Assembly: GCF_028641065.1 (NCBI RefSeq) | Contig: NC_073381.1 | Span: 84,754,001 to 84,818,000 of the forward strand | Reading direction: 5' to 3' | DNA: 64,000 bases | Source of the DNA: Leucoraja erinacea | Taxonomy: Eukaryota | In this document: positions 62,872 through 64,000 of the stretch, one piece after another | Layout of the letters: each line of letters starts with the position of its first letter | How positions within the stretch are numbered: position 1 is the first letter of the stretch | Translations under genes and position numbers: made by a program | Notes under the pieces: model-generated | Told to the model about the DNA's origin: nothing | Seen by the model: only the letters and a program-made list of their open reading frames with translations | Database searches by the model: none

Positions 62872-63433
62872 CTGGAAATTGAACAACAGTGTCTTGAAAT
62901 GCCACATGGCAAAAATAGAAGGACAGGAGTAATTGGCTTTTTATACTAGCAGGGAGGTGGAATTGTGGAATATTATACAACGTGGGAATTCAGCCCAACT
63001 GTGCTGGTTGAGAAACAAATATTCCACCAGCCAACTAGTCATCATTCTTGAAGTACACATCCAGGAATTTTCTAGAATGTGGTGATGGTTTCAACTTCTG
63101 CCATCCTTCCGGGTAGTAGGTTTCAGTCACCTACAATTTCCTTTGTGAAAAGAATTCTTCTCGAATTCTTCAAGCACCATCAGATTGTTAATAGTCTCAT
63201 TTGATATTACAGGTACTAAATTAAATATGGCTTTCATAAGGTGAATTGTTCCAGGACGTACCAATGCAGAAAACAACACCAAGCAACAAGAAATTCCATA
63301 TCTTTCTGATTTCATTTGTTACTATTTTCAGCATATCAATGGATAAATGAATTAGGATGAACTAATTTGCTTTGCAAAATTGATAATTAGTTTGGAATTT
63401 TAATATTTTGATACAGGACAACTTGACTGCTTA

Positions 63434-63677
63434 AGGGCCTGTCCCACTTTCACGACTTAATTCACGACCTCTGCCGAGTTTGCCCTTGACTCATACTCGC
63501 AGCATGGTCGTCACGAGGTCGTAGGTCATAGGAGGTCGTAGGTAGGTCGTAGCAGGCCGTGATGCTAGTTGTAGGTACTCGTGGCATCAAGTAGGTCGGG
63601 GCGTTTTTCTAGCATGATGAAAAACGTCCACGAGTAAAAAACGGCGTGAATTAGGTCGTGAAAGTGGGACAGGCCCT
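63434..63677. mobile_element. PIF/Harbinger-like MITE
   Basis: Perfect TIR agggcctgtcccactttcacgac / gtcgtgaaagtgggacaggccct; TTA TSD. Confidence 0.8.
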
Positions 63678-64000
63678 TTAGGTGATGTATAGCAAAAGCA
63701 ATTATTCCATTAAAATAACGATATTCAGTGGGATCCGTGCTGGGATCTCTGTTGCTTGTGATACTTGGAAGTAAACAAGTTGGTTTGGTTAGTTAGTTTG
63801 CTGATAACACCAAAATTACTGAGGAGTGTGTGGATGGCTGTCAAAGTAAAAATTGGGGTTCAGTCAGCTACAGAAATGGGCAGAGAAATGGCAGATGGAG
63901 TTTAATCTGAACAAGTGTAAGGACTTTGGGAGATTGAGTGTAAGGGAAAATATACAATTACCGGTAATGGCAAGAGCCTTAACAGCATTGATGTGCAAAG

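Overview
This is eukaryotic, repeat-rich vertebrate DNA. A cartilaginous fish, probably a skate, is inferred from the HER1/CR1-type LINE tails, HE1-like SINEs and Penelope fragments. The only host gene is an axonemal dynein heavy chain on the minus strand that best resembles DNAH8. It contributes 11 internal coding exons (62871 down to 9080; 1950 nt, 650 codons, AAA2-AAA3 region), all with GT-AG boundaries and compatible phases. The introns hold nested mobile elements: a DIRS (tyrosine-recombinase) retroelement split by a near-full-length CR1 LINE, a Tc1 (DD34E) transposon, a deleted Gypsy element, and Penelope pieces with hammerhead-ribozyme-like cores. There are also Harbinger-, hAT- and MULE/foldback-like MITEs, Helitron-like ends, RTE-X/L2/CR1 fragments, SINEs and an assembly gap in a G-rich tract. 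The most unusual structure is a ~2.9-kb intronic composite (33.87-36.72 kb). It joins an intronless eIF5B N-terminal retro-fragment, a ~400-bp-arm near-perfect inverted repeat, stacked polypurine tracts and a short LTR-like terminus, all antisense to the dynein transcript. Family assignments come from recalled motifs, not from database searches.
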